Of a stretch of DNA of 64,000 nt, positions 17,170 to 27,347 are shown one piece after another (the stretch's first letter is position 1; every line of letters starts with the position of its first letter). Location of the stretch: positions 72,392 to 136,391 of the forward strand of contig CAZEKH010000004.1 of assembly GCA_964512925.1 (NCBI GenBank). The letters run 5' to 3'. A model generated the notes under the pieces. The model saw nothing but the letters and a program-made list of their open reading frames with translations, had not been told where the DNA came from and did not search any database. A program made the position numbers and the translations under genes. The DNA comes from an uncultured Candidatus Saccharibacteria bacterium (GTDB lineage Bacteria; Patescibacteriota; Doudnabacteria; UBA920).

Positions 17170-18012
17170 TTGAATATCAACTGGAAAACTTTTGGACACA
17201 GCCAAATAAAAAATCTGTTAGCTAAACAGCTTGAACACCAAAGGGTTCAAGGGGCTTATTTGTTTTTGGGCATTCCCGGAGTGGGTAAAAAAACTTTGGC
17301 TCTGGAGTTTTGTGAAAAAATATTGAAGACCGAGAATTTATCCACTCACCCGGATTTTTTTCTTTTTGACAAAGGTGAAGAAGAGATTTCCGTTGAAAGT
17401 TTAAGGGAATTTTCCGATAAGTTTTTTTTAAGTCCCGTCATGGGAGGGTATAAAACCGTAGTTATAAACAACATTCATAATTTAAATACTTTTAGCGCTA
17501 ATTCTCTTCTCAAAACACTCGAAGAGCCGGCAAAAAATACTGTTATCATTATGCTGTCTGAAAAACCACCTCTTCCAACAATACTTTCCCGCAGCCAGAT
17601 TTTTCGCTTCGGGAGGCTTTCCAGGCTTGAGGTGGATAATTGGCTTGCCTCATATAAGAACAATATTCCCGCCAATTTGATTAGCTGGGGGCGTGGCCAG
17701 GTTGGTTTTTTATACCAAGCTATCAAGGCCGGCCATGCTGAAATTTTAGCTGAATGGCAGGCGGAAAGAATAGAAATCCTTTCAGAAAAACCGGGTGTAA
17801 GGCTTAGGTTAATACCTAAATTTTCAGAAATGGAACTTGGAACAATGCTGGAATATGTGGATTTTTGGACAACTTTAGAATTGGACGAACTTGCGGAAAA
17901 TCCAAACAATTTTTTTCGCCTCAGACTGTTGCAGGAGCTTCGTAATAAATTGGCATTCAACGGTTTTAACAAAAAATTGCTTTTTCAGCAATTTTTATTG
18001 GAACTTAAATAA
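17170..18012 (+). CDS. holB: DNA polymerase III delta-prime-like AAA+ clamp-loader subunit
   Basis: TTG start. Walker A GIPGVGKKT and a TLEEP sensor-like motif. Confidence 0.65.
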   Translation: MNINWKTFGHSQIKNLLAKQLEHQRVQGAYLFLGIPGVGKKTLALEFCEKILKTENLSTHPDFFLFDKGEEEISVESLREFSDKFFLSPVMGGYKTVVINNIHNLNTFSANSLLKTLEEPAKNTVIIMLSEKPPLPTILSRSQIFRFGRLSRLEVDNWLASYKNNIPANLISWGRGQVGFLYQAIKAGHAEILAEWQAERIEILSEKPGVRLRLIPKFSEMELGTMLEYVDFWTTLELDELAENPNNFFRLRLLQELRNKLAFNGFNKKLLFQQFLLELK

Positions 18013-18017
18013 AAATT

Positions 18018-19082
18018 ATGTTTAAAAAAAGAAAAAAAATATTTTTGTTGTTTGTTTTGCTCTTGCTTTCGGCATCGTGCAATCCTTTTGCCAAAAACCA
18101 GCAGGCGGGAATTTATAAAACTTCAAACGGGGGAACGGATTGGCAGGCGGTTAACGCGCTTAAAACCGGAGGCAGTATCAGCCTGGCTCGGGTTACCAAG
18201 ATGTATTTTGATCCAAAAAATCACGAGACAGTTTTTGCCGGCACGCATAACCAAGGACTTTTGCGATCCACGGATTTTGGAGTTTCCTGGGAAAAGATTT
18301 TGTCAAAAATTTTGGTTTTTGATGTGGCTATTGATCCCAATAAAAATAGCACAATTTATGCAGCTGGTACTTATAACGGATTTGGAAAAATTTTAAAAAC
18401 TGAAGATAGCGGAAAAAGCTGGGTGGAAGTATATAACGAACAGGGGTCAGAGAATCCGGTCAGGGCTTTAGTTTTAGATACTGGCAATCCGATGGTTATA
18501 TATGCGGGTACCACGGCAGGCAACGTGGTAAAGTCAGTAGATGCTGGAAAAAGCTGGAAGCTGTTATATAGTTTTAATGACAGGGTGCAAAAAATTGGAT
18601 TTCAAAATAACAGAGTTTATGTGTTAACCAGGAGCAAAGGTCTTTTCGCCGCATCCTCTTCTTCTGTTGAAGTTTTTACAAATTTAACCGAGAAACTGAC
18701 AACTTTGTATGATTCTCAAAATTTTGGTTTTAATCAAGCCCAGGTTGGAACTTTTAACCAGTTTTTTGTAGACGAAGCCTCGGGAAACCTGATATATTTA
18801 ACTACTGACAAGGGTTTGCATAAATCTGTGGATTTTGGACAAAATTGGCAGTTTATGCCTTTACCCATAAAACAGGGTGACAGCTTTGCCAGGGCAATCG
18901 CCATTTCAAAAAATAGCAGTAATATTGTTTATGTTAGTGTAGGAACCACGGTCTACAAATCAACAGACGGGGGTCAAAGTTTTCAAACCCAGGGCCTTCA
19001 GGCTGGCGGGTACATAAATTACATTTTAGTAGATCCGCAATACCCTCAGATTGCTTTTGCCGGAATATATTATGATCAATAA
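18018..19082 (+). CDS. Lipoprotein with BNR/Asp-box (SxDxGxSW) beta-propeller repeats
   Basis: Lipobox LLLSASC and six Asp-box motifs (SNGGTDW, STDFGVSW, EDSGKSW, SVDAGKSW, SVDFGQNW, STDGGQSF). Confidence 0.6.
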   Translation: MFKKRKKIFLLFVLLLLSASCNPFAKNQQAGIYKTSNGGTDWQAVNALKTGGSISLARVTKMYFDPKNHETVFAGTHNQGLLRSTDFGVSWEKILSKILVFDVAIDPNKNSTIYAAGTYNGFGKILKTEDSGKSWVEVYNEQGSENPVRALVLDTGNPMVIYAGTTAGNVVKSVDAGKSWKLLYSFNDRVQKIGFQNNRVYVLTRSKGLFAASSSSVEVFTNLTEKLTTLYDSQNFGFNQAQVGTFNQFFVDEASGNLIYLTTDKGLHKSVDFGQNWQFMPLPIKQGDSFARAIAISKNSSNIVYVSVGTTVYKSTDGGQSFQTQGLQAGGYINYILVDPQYPQIAFAGIYYDQ

Positions 19083-19097
19083 TTAAATTTTTAATTT

Positions 19098-19655
19098 ATG
19101 ACAGATTCAGTTATAAGTTCGCATAAGCCGAATTTTGAAAAAGTTTTAGAACACTATATGCACGACCTGTCTTCGGTTAGGACGGGGAGGGCTAACCCCG
19201 CTCTTTTAAATACCGTCACAGTTGAAAGTTATGGTTCAAAACTTCCTCTAGAACACGTAGCTTCGGTTACAGTTTCAGACGCAAAAACTTTGACTATAAG
19301 TCCGTGGGACAAAGGCCAGCTCCAGGCCATAGAAAAAGGCATCCAGCTTGCAAACCTCGGGTTTAACCCGTCAAATGACGGCATAGTTATCCGCATTAAC
19401 CTTCCGCCAATGAGCGAGGAGCGCAGGAAGGAAATGGTTAAAATGGTGGGGCAATTGGCTGAAAAAGCGAAAATTGGCGTAAGGAACGTACGGGAAGACG
19501 CGATGAAAGAAATGAAAAAAGCCGAAGCAGACGGAAAAATTTCTAAGGACGAACTGACTGGCGGACAGAAAAAACTCCAGGAAGTGGTAGACAAATACAA
19601 CGAAGAGATAAAAAAACACGCAGAGAGCAAGGAAAAAGAAGTACTCACAGTTTAA
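19098..19655 (+). CDS. frr: Ribosome recycling factor
   Basis: 185 aa of typical RRF sequence. Confidence 0.95.
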   Translation: MTDSVISSHKPNFEKVLEHYMHDLSSVRTGRANPALLNTVTVESYGSKLPLEHVASVTVSDAKTLTISPWDKGQLQAIEKGIQLANLGFNPSNDGIVIRINLPPMSEERRKEMVKMVGQLAEKAKIGVRNVREDAMKEMKKAEADGKISKDELTGGQKKLQEVVDKYNEEIKKHAESKEKEVLTV

Positions 19656-19780
19656 ATTGACCTAAGTATTCTAATTTCTAATTGCCCTAAATATTTATTA
19701 ATCAGATTGGGATTTATTTAGAATAATTAGAACAATTAAAGAATTAGAAATTTGCAAATTAAATTAACAGAAATATTTAA

Positions 19781-20932
19781 ATGTTTTTTACCATAATAAT
19801 ATTTATAGCTATATTAGGTTTACTTGTACTGGTTCACGAGTTTGGGCATTTTATAGTGGCTAAAAAGTCGGGGATGGTGGTACACGAGTTTGGGTTTGGG
19901 TTTCCACCCCGCCTGTTCGGATTTTATAAGAGTCAGGGCAAGTGGAAATTAATATTTGGACATTCAAAGATTAAAACAGAAAATAATACAGAACAGGCGG
20001 GGCAAGCCCCTTTAGAATCTACCATATACTCTATAAATCTTTTGCCACTTGGGGGTTTTGTGAAGATAATGGGGGAAAACAACGACGAAGCCAGTGACCC
20101 AAGGTCTTTTGTAAACCGCCCTTTTTGGCCCAGGTTTTTTACTCTAGTGGCCGGGGTGGTTATGAATGTAGTTTTAGCTTGGTTTTTAATCTCAATTGGA
20201 TATATAATTGGTCTTCCTGCCGGGGTGCAGGATATTGCGGATTTGCCTCAAAATGCCCAGTTTAAGGAAGTCAGCTTAAAGATCAGTCAGGTGCAGGAAA
20301 ATTCCCCGGCTTTTCAGGCTGGGCTCAACGCGCTTGACCAGGTGGTTTCAGTTGATGGAAAAAATTTCACCAAGCCATCAGATCTGAGAAACTATATTTT
20401 GGAAAACAAAGGCAGAGAATTTGCTTTTCAGATAAAAAGGCAGGAGGAAAATCTGGAGTTAAAAGTTAAATCCAGAAGCGAGTATGGTCCCAACGAAGGC
20501 CCAACCGGCATTGGTTTGGATTTGGTGGGAAAACTTTCCTATTCTCCTTCGGTTGCGTTTATAGAAGGATTTAAAACCACGGGAGCTCAATTGGTAAATA
20601 TCACTCAGGGTTTTTACCAGCTAGTTTCCTCCAAAGCCGGACTTTCAGGGCTAGGTGGGCCGGTTAAAATAGCTAAGATTACTGGTCAGGTGGCGGATTT
20701 GGGTTTTTCGTATTTAATCCAGTTTGCGTCGTTTTTATCTTTAAATTTAGCTTTTTTAAACATTTTGCCCTTCCCAGCTTTGGACGGCGGCAGGATTTTG
20801 TTTTTAATTGTTGAAAAAATCCGTGGGCAAAAAAATAACCAAAAGTTTGAACAATGGGCCAACACCGCAGGTTTTGCCTTGTTGCTACTTTTGATGCTTT
20901 TAGTCACTATTAAAGATATTAGGGGAATATAA
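19781..20932 (+). CDS. rseP: Site-2 protease RseP (M50) with a PDZ domain
   Basis: HEFGH zinc motif in TM1 and an LDGG motif. Confidence 0.85.
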   Translation: MFFTIIIFIAILGLLVLVHEFGHFIVAKKSGMVVHEFGFGFPPRLFGFYKSQGKWKLIFGHSKIKTENNTEQAGQAPLESTIYSINLLPLGGFVKIMGENNDEASDPRSFVNRPFWPRFFTLVAGVVMNVVLAWFLISIGYIIGLPAGVQDIADLPQNAQFKEVSLKISQVQENSPAFQAGLNALDQVVSVDGKNFTKPSDLRNYILENKGREFAFQIKRQEENLELKVKSRSEYGPNEGPTGIGLDLVGKLSYSPSVAFIEGFKTTGAQLVNITQGFYQLVSSKAGLSGLGGPVKIAKITGQVADLGFSYLIQFASFLSLNLAFLNILPFPALDGGRILFLIVEKIRGQKNNQKFEQWANTAGFALLLLLMLLVTIKDIRGI

Positions 20933-20968
20933 CGAAAATTGCTTGGCTCCTTAGATTATTTCTGTTTT

Positions 20969-21481
20969 ATGGTTCAAGATCAAAAAAATTACGCTTTTAT
21001 TGACAGTCAAAATTTGAATCTGGGCGTGAGAAGCCAAGGTTGGGTTTTAGATTTTACAAGATTTAGGATTTTTTTAAGGGACAAATATAAAATAGAAAAG
21101 GCTTTTTTATTTATTGGTTTTATCCCTGAAAATCAATCCTTATACACTGAGCTTCAAAAGGCAGGTTACATTTGTATTTTTAAGCCAACTTTGGAAATTA
21201 AGCAAAATCATAAAGTTAAAGTAAAGGGTAATGTAGACGCAGAGTTAGTTTTGCACACAATGATTGAATATAAAAATTATGAAAAGGCCGTTATTGTTTC
21301 AGGAGATGGTGACTTTCATTGTCTCATTGAGTTTTTGATGGTTCAAAATAAGCTTTTAAAAATTATTGTTCCTAATAATAAATATTCAAGTTTGTTAAAA
21401 AAATTTAGTTTATATATAGCTAATATTTCGCTTTTTAGAAAAAAAGTTGAAAATAAAAAGAACGGCATTCCCGCGGGATAA
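20969..21481 (+). CDS. NYN (LabA-like) domain protein
   Basis: AFIDSQNL...GDGDF motifs. The start is uncertain (20939 or 20969). Confidence 0.6.
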   Translation: MVQDQKNYAFIDSQNLNLGVRSQGWVLDFTRFRIFLRDKYKIEKAFLFIGFIPENQSLYTELQKAGYICIFKPTLEIKQNHKVKVKGNVDAELVLHTMIEYKNYEKAVIVSGDGDFHCLIEFLMVQNKLLKIIVPNNKYSSLLKKFSLYIANISLFRKKVENKKNGIPAG

Positions 21482-21551
21482 ACCCTTTGGTAGTCCGTTC
21501 ATCGTGATACATAAATCATATCAAATTTAAACATTTTGTCAAGTAAACTCT

Positions 21552-22778
21552 ATGCGCCAATCTAAATATTTTTTAAAGACATCTAAAAATAAACCGGCTG
21601 AGGATTTGTCCATTAACGCTGTGTTTTTAGAACAGGGCGGTTTTGTGCAAAAAGTTATGGCCGGGGTGTATTCCTACCTGCCTTTGGGAATGAGAATTTT
21701 AAGGAAAATTGAAAATATTGTCAGGGAAGAAATGGATGCTATCGGCGGACAAGAGGTGTTTATGCCTTCGCTTCACCCCAAAGCCAATTGGGAAACCACT
21801 GACAGGTGGAAAAATATGGATGTGCTTTTTAAGATAAAATCACAGCATAACTATGAGTACGCCTTGGGTCCGACCCACGAAGAAATAGTCACCCCAATGG
21901 CATTGCCTATTATAAATAGTTACAAAGACTTGCCTTTAGCGGTATATCAGATACAGACGAAATTTCGCGATGAAGCTCGGGCCAAATCCGGGTTATTGCG
22001 GGGGAGGGAATTCAGGATGAAGGATTTATATAGTTTTCATTCGGATTCAAAAGATTTGGCAAGCTATTATGAAAATATGGCTGTGCCGGCTTATAAAAAT
22101 ATTTTTAAAAGGCTCGGGCTTGACGCGATATATACTGAAGCGTCGGGCGGGACTTTTAGCAAGTTTTCCCATGAATTTCAGGTGGCGATTCCAAGCGGCG
22201 AAGATACTATTTATATTTGTGAAAAATGCGAGATGGGAAAAAATAAAGAAGTTTTTTCCGAAGGTGTTGATTGCACGATTTGCGGCAAAACCGCCTGGCA
22301 GGAAGTTTCGGCTTCAGAAGTCGGAAATATTTTTAAGCTGGAAACAAAATTTTCTTCCGCGTTTAACTTAAATTATACTGACAAAGACGGGGAGAAAAAA
22401 CCGGTTGTTATGGGCTGCTATGGCATTGGCACTTCAAGGCTGATGGGCGTGTTGGTAGAAAAACATAATGATGAAAAAGGAATTATATGGCCGGAGGCGG
22501 TGGCTCCATTTAGGGTTCATTTAATAGCGCTTAAAGGCGCGGAAAACAAGGCTGACGAGCTTTACGCGTCTTTGACTTCCGCCGGGGTTGAGGTATTATA
22601 TGACGACAGGGACATAAGCGCGGGGGCGAAGTTTGCGGATGCGGATTTAATAGGTATTCCTTATAGGGTGGTGGTTTCGGCCAAAACTTTAGAAAAAGAA
22701 TCTGTAGAGGTAAAAAAGCGAAGTGAAAGTGAAGCGAATTTGGTAAAGATTGGTGATTTATTGAATTTTTTTAATTAA
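21552..22778 (+). CDS. proS: Prolyl-tRNA synthetase (short form lacking the editing insertion)
   Basis: Class II aaRS motifs and a Cys cluster CEKCEMG...CTICGK. Confidence 0.85.
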   Translation: MRQSKYFLKTSKNKPAEDLSINAVFLEQGGFVQKVMAGVYSYLPLGMRILRKIENIVREEMDAIGGQEVFMPSLHPKANWETTDRWKNMDVLFKIKSQHNYEYALGPTHEEIVTPMALPIINSYKDLPLAVYQIQTKFRDEARAKSGLLRGREFRMKDLYSFHSDSKDLASYYENMAVPAYKNIFKRLGLDAIYTEASGGTFSKFSHEFQVAIPSGEDTIYICEKCEMGKNKEVFSEGVDCTICGKTAWQEVSASEVGNIFKLETKFSSAFNLNYTDKDGEKKPVVMGCYGIGTSRLMGVLVEKHNDEKGIIWPEAVAPFRVHLIALKGAENKADELYASLTSAGVEVLYDDRDISAGAKFADADLIGIPYRVVVSAKTLEKESVEVKKRSESEANLVKIGDLLNFFN

Positions 22779-22872
22779 ATTTTCAATTTTCAATTTTTTC
22801 CGCAATGCGGAATCTGGTTTTACCGGACAATTTTCAGTAAATAATTTAAATATATATTTAAAAATTTGTTGG

Positions 22873-22904
22873 AAATTGTAAAATTGTAAAATTGTAAAAT
22901 TGTT
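22873..22904. repeat. Tandem octamer (AATTGTAA)x4 in the mreB upstream region
   Basis: aaattgtaaaattgtaaaattgtaaaattg. Confidence 0.8.
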
Positions 22905-22915
22905 TAGGGACTGAA

Positions 22916-23971
22916 TTGTTTTTTGACAAATTTTACCAAAAATTTTCCAAGGATATCGGGATTGACCTTGGCACGGCAAATACCCTCGTCTATGTAAAAG
23001 GCAAGGGGATTGTTATCAATGAGCCCTCAGTAGTTGCAATCAACCAGAGAACTAAGCAGATTTTAGCCATTGGCACCGAAGCTCGCAAAATGGTGGGTCG
23101 CACGCCTCCGCATATTGTCGCTACACGCCCTCTGGTTGACGGGGTGATTTCGGATTTTGAAGTTACCGAAGCAATGCTCCGGTATTTTATAGACAAAGTC
23201 CACAGCCAGGTTTATCCTTTTTTACGCCGCCCACGGGTTGTGATCGGTATTCCGTCAGGAGTTACTGAAGTTGAGAAGAGGGCGGTAGTAGATGCCGCTA
23301 TAAACGCCGGCGCCAGCCAAGCGTTTTTGATTGAAGAGCCTATGGCTGCCGCCATAGGCGCTCGTTTGCCTGTCCAGGATGCTACGGGAAGTATGATTGT
23401 GGATATAGGTGGCGGAACCACCGAGATAGCGGTTTTGTCTTTGGGCGGCGTGGTGCTGTCCCGGTCTTTGCGCATTGCCGGAGACGAAATGAACGGCAAT
23501 ATTATCAATTTCGCCAGGGAGCATTCCAATTTGCTTTTGGGAGTCAGAACAGCCGAGGCTGTAAAAATAGAAATTGGCAGCGCTTACCAGCTTGAAAAAC
23601 CTTTGTATACCACGATGCGCGGCAGGGATTTGGTTTCTGGGCTGCCCAAAGAGGTGAATATATCTGATACGCAGGTTAGGGAAGCCTTATCTTCCAGTTT
23701 GAGGTCAATAGTAAGCAATATCAAAAGCGTGATTGAAGAAATTCCTCCGGAGTTGATTTCCGATATTATGCATCGGGGTATTATTTTGGCCGGAGGCGGA
23801 GCTTTGCTTAGAGGGCTTAGTACTTTAATTCAGGAGGCTACTGGGATGCCTGTTTCCGTTGCTGAGGATCCTTTGACAGCGGTTGCGAGAGGAACCGGGG
23901 TTGTGGTTGAGGATTTGGAGAATCTTAAAGATGTTTTGGTTCCTGCGGAATTCGGAAAAATTCCCAGATAA
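22916..23971 (+). CDS. mreB: Rod-shape actin homologue MreB
   Basis: TTG start; IGIDLGTANT phosphate-1 motif. Confidence 0.9.
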   Translation: MFFDKFYQKFSKDIGIDLGTANTLVYVKGKGIVINEPSVVAINQRTKQILAIGTEARKMVGRTPPHIVATRPLVDGVISDFEVTEAMLRYFIDKVHSQVYPFLRRPRVVIGIPSGVTEVEKRAVVDAAINAGASQAFLIEEPMAAAIGARLPVQDATGSMIVDIGGGTTEIAVLSLGGVVLSRSLRIAGDEMNGNIINFAREHSNLLLGVRTAEAVKIEIGSAYQLEKPLYTTMRGRDLVSGLPKEVNISDTQVREALSSSLRSIVSNIKSVIEEIPPELISDIMHRGIILAGGGALLRGLSTLIQEATGMPVSVAEDPLTAVARGTGVVVEDLENLKDVLVPAEFGKIPR

Positions 23972-24031
23972 TCAGATGTCAGAAGATGTAAGATACTTAA
24001 AGTATACCTAGAGTTTTAAATTGAGTAGTTT

Positions 24032-24829
24032 ATGAAATTTTTTCCCAATAAGACGATAAGCTGGTTTTTTGTCGCATTTTTTTTTATAACAGTTTTATTT
24101 GGTTTAGAAACAGTAGGGCGGCTAAACAACGTAAGGGCGGTATTTTTACATATCCCGCAGCCTATTATTAGAGTGTTTTCTTCCATAATTTCGCCTGTGC
24201 ATAGTTTTTTTACCACAGCCTTCAGGCTAAAAGCTCTTGTGAAGGAAAATGCAATTTTAGAGAGCGAAATGTTTAGACTTGAGCAAGAAACTGCAAGACT
24301 TAAAAGTCAGGAGCGCGAAAATGAAACCTTGCGTAAAGAATTGGGATTTGTTCAGGTGAGTAAGTTGAATTTGCAGCCGTGCTCCGTGTTGTCTGAAAAT
24401 ATTTTTAAGATCTCGGATACAATCCTGTTAGATTGCGGCTCAGAACAGGGCGTAACAGAAGGTCAAGCGGTCATTTCTCAGGGGTATTTGGCTGGCAAAG
24501 TTGTTTATGTGTCGCAGAGAACCAGTACTGTTATTTTAACCACTGCTTCGGCTTTTTTGGTAGATGCCAAGACGAGCGATAGCGGAACACCGGCGGTTGT
24601 CAGAGGGTCTTTTGGGTCAGGGATGTTTGTTGATCAGCTTCCGCAAGATTTACAAGTACAGAAAGGTTGGATGGTTGTTACAGCTGGTATAAACCAAAAA
24701 ATTCCCAAGGATATTTTAATTGGCAAGGTAAACGAAATTACCTCCACAAATAACGCTCTATTTAAAAAAGCCACGCTTATCTCGCCAATAAATTTCGGCA
24801 TGTTAAGATTTGTTTTTGTAGTGAAATAA
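24032..24829 (+). CDS. mreC: Rod-shape protein MreC
   Basis: TM segment plus coiled coil plus beta domain, located directly after mreB. Confidence 0.8.
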   Translation: MKFFPNKTISWFFVAFFFITVLFGLETVGRLNNVRAVFLHIPQPIIRVFSSIISPVHSFFTTAFRLKALVKENAILESEMFRLEQETARLKSQERENETLRKELGFVQVSKLNLQPCSVLSENIFKISDTILLDCGSEQGVTEGQAVISQGYLAGKVVYVSQRTSTVILTTASAFLVDAKTSDSGTPAVVRGSFGSGMFVDQLPQDLQVQKGWMVVTAGINQKIPKDILIGKVNEITSTNNALFKKATLISPINFGMLRFVFVVK

Positions 24830-24839
24830 TATTCATTTA

Positions 24840-25370
24840 ATGAAATATTTGATATTTTTGCTCGGCATAATTTTTTTGGTCTCCATCAATATGGGTTTTT
24901 TTTCGTACTTAAGAATATATTTGACACTACCAAATTTGTTGCTGATGTCAGCAATAGTTTTTCCTATGTTAAGCCAGAAAGATGATTTTATTTTTTTTGC
25001 TTTTTTTTGCGGTTTGTTTGCGGATTTTTTTTACAGCATATATTTTGGTCCTTTTGCAGCAGCGTTTTTAATAGCCGCATTTTTTATCAGGTTTGTTTCT
25101 GAAAAATTTGTTTCTCCGCTTTCCGGCATTAAGACATATCTGACATTGTTTGTTGCGGGCGTCTTTTTTACCCATATATTGATTTATATTTTTCAAAATT
25201 TAATAGAAAGTTTGGGACGTCCTCTATACACAGTGCCTATGCGTGAAAGTTTATTTATGTTGATGGGTGAGCTGTTATGGGGTATAATTCTGTTGCCGGC
25301 TGTATGGAAATTCCTGAAGTATTTGATTGAAATCAATGAAAAATTTTTTTCAAAAAGAAAAGTTTTTTAA
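24840..25370 (+). CDS. mreD: Rod-shape protein MreD (polytopic membrane protein)
   Basis: Position and hydrophobicity. Confidence 0.6.
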   Translation: MKYLIFLLGIIFLVSINMGFFSYLRIYLTLPNLLLMSAIVFPMLSQKDDFIFFAFFCGLFADFFYSIYFGPFAAAFLIAAFFIRFVSEKFVSPLSGIKTYLTLFVAGVFFTHILIYIFQNLIESLGRPLYTVPMRESLFMLMGELLWGIILLPAVWKFLKYLIEINEKFFSKRKVF

Positions 25371-25373
25371 ACT

Positions 25374-27335
25374 ATGCAAAATCCTTTTGAAACAAAAAAT
25401 TTTATTGACAGTAAAAAAAAATCCGGTTTTTTAGAGTGGGAAGAATCTGCTGTAGATAAAGAATCAGGCGTGGAAGAGCTGTTAGACCAGCAGCGTGAAA
25501 GTCCAAAATTGGGCTGGTTAAAATTTTTTTTGTTTTTTTGTTTTTTTATCCTTGGCTACCGTATTTTTAGCCTGCAGATTTTAGGTTATGAAAATTTTAG
25601 CAAGCTGTCGGAAAATAACAGAACCAGAAAATTTCCGTTAATTGCGCCACGGGGTTTGATTTATGATATAAATGGGCAAATTATTGCTCAAAATTCTGCT
25701 AGCTTTTCATTGGTGGCTGTGCCATTTGATTTGCCAAAGAATCAAATTGATTTGGAATTGGAAGTAAAAAGCCTTTCAGCTTTGTTTTCTTTAGACGCGG
25801 ACAAAATTTTAAATATTTTGATACGCAATAAGCAGGGAGGCCTTACCCCGGTGGTGGTAAAGAGGGGACTTAGCGCCGAAGAAAGTATTTTATTTCAAAC
25901 TTATTTTGCAGATTTTCCGGGTTTTTCCATACAAAAAAATCCAACCAGGCTGTATCCGCAAAAAGATTTATTTTCACACATTTTGGGTTATACCGGTCTG
26001 ATTTCAAAAACCGAAAAAAATGCTGAAATCTATAAAAATTATGATGATATTGATATTGTTGGCAAGAGCGGAGTGGAAAAACAGTATGAAGAGTATTTGC
26101 ACGGTGAAAATGGGCAGAGCCTGATTGAGGTTGATGCTTCGGGCAAGCTAATAAATATCATCGGTGAAGATGAAGCTAAGCCGGGTTATAACGCCATATT
26201 GAATATTGATTTAGAATTGCAGAAGAAATTTTATGACAGTTTAAAAAATTCAAGACCCTCTGGAAGCATTAAGGCGGCGGCAGTGGCTTTAAATCCAAAA
26301 AATGGGAATATTCTGGCCTTGGTCAGTTTGCCAGGTTATGATAACAATATTTTTTCCGGCGGGCTTTCTGACGAAGAATATTCAATTTTGTTTGATGATG
26401 CAAATTTGCCATTGTTTAACCGGGTTATTGCCGGAACATATCCGCCAGGTTCTACAGTAAAGCCCGGAGTGGGCGCTGCCGCCTTGCAGGAAAAAATAGC
26501 AACGCCGGATACGGTAATCGTAGATAAAGGCGTTTTGGTTGTTCCTAATCAATTTAACCCCTCTCTTGCTTATAATTTTTACGGATGGAAACGTTCGGGT
26601 TTGGGACCTATGAATTTAGCTTCCGCCATAGCTGAAAGCAGTGATATATATTTTTATACCATAGCGGGCGGGTATCCGAATACCGGTATTTCCGGGCTGG
26701 GCGCAGAAAAGCTTTCTGCATACTTAAAAAAATTCGGTTTTGGTTCAATAACCGGGATCGATATTCCAGGAGAAAAGCCAGGCTTAGTTCCAGATCCCGA
26801 GTGGAAAGCCGAGTATTTTAAAAATGACGATATTTTGAGCAAGTGGTACTTGGGAAACACATATCATTTGGGTATTGGTCAGGGGGATATGCTTGCCACG
26901 CCTCTTCAAGTGGCGAATTTAACCGCAGTTTTTGCCAACAATGGAAAAACTTTTAAACCTAATATTCTAAATAAAATCGTTGATGAAAAAGGAAAATTAA
27001 TTTTTCAGCCAAAGCCAGAAGTTTTAATTTCAAATTTTGTTGATCAGCAGAATATTCGGGAAATTCAAAAAGGAATGAGGCAAACAGTGTTGTCCGGTTC
27101 AGCTGTTCAGTTAAAGGATTTGCCAATTAGCGCGGCTGGAAAAACGGGAACATCCCAATTTGACGGAGCAGATTTGAAAAAAACTCATGCTTGGTTTACA
27201 GCTTACGCTCCGTATGAAGATCCTCAGATTGTGCTGGCAATTTTGGTTGAGGCGGGTGGAGAGGGTCATTCGGTTGCGGTGCCTGTTGCCAAAGAGGTGT
27301 TAAAATGGTGGTCGGAAAACAGGTTAAAAAATTAA
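25374..27335 (+). CDS. mrdA: Penicillin-binding protein 2 (elongasome transpeptidase)
   Basis: STVK, SSD-like and KTGT transpeptidase motifs. Confidence 0.85.
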   Translation: MQNPFETKNFIDSKKKSGFLEWEESAVDKESGVEELLDQQRESPKLGWLKFFLFFCFFILGYRIFSLQILGYENFSKLSENNRTRKFPLIAPRGLIYDINGQIIAQNSASFSLVAVPFDLPKNQIDLELEVKSLSALFSLDADKILNILIRNKQGGLTPVVVKRGLSAEESILFQTYFADFPGFSIQKNPTRLYPQKDLFSHILGYTGLISKTEKNAEIYKNYDDIDIVGKSGVEKQYEEYLHGENGQSLIEVDASGKLINIIGEDEAKPGYNAILNIDLELQKKFYDSLKNSRPSGSIKAAAVALNPKNGNILALVSLPGYDNNIFSGGLSDEEYSILFDDANLPLFNRVIAGTYPPGSTVKPGVGAAALQEKIATPDTVIVDKGVLVVPNQFNPSLAYNFYGWKRSGLGPMNLASAIAESSDIYFYTIAGGYPNTGISGLGAEKLSAYLKKFGFGSITGIDIPGEKPGLVPDPEWKAEYFKNDDILSKWYLGNTYHLGIGQGDMLATPLQVANLTAVFANNGKTFKPNILNKIVDEKGKLIFQPKPEVLISNFVDQQNIREIQKGMRQTVLSGSAVQLKDLPISAAGKTGTSQFDGADLKKTHAWFTAYAPYEDPQIVLAILVEAGGEGHSVAVPVAKEVLKWWSENRLKN

Positions 27336-27347
27336 TCGACGTCTCGT

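Noticed and set aside
22873-22904. Possible CRISPR array (repeated TTGTAAAA units)
   Set aside because: It is an 8-bp tandem microsatellite with no spacers, far too short for CRISPR repeats.
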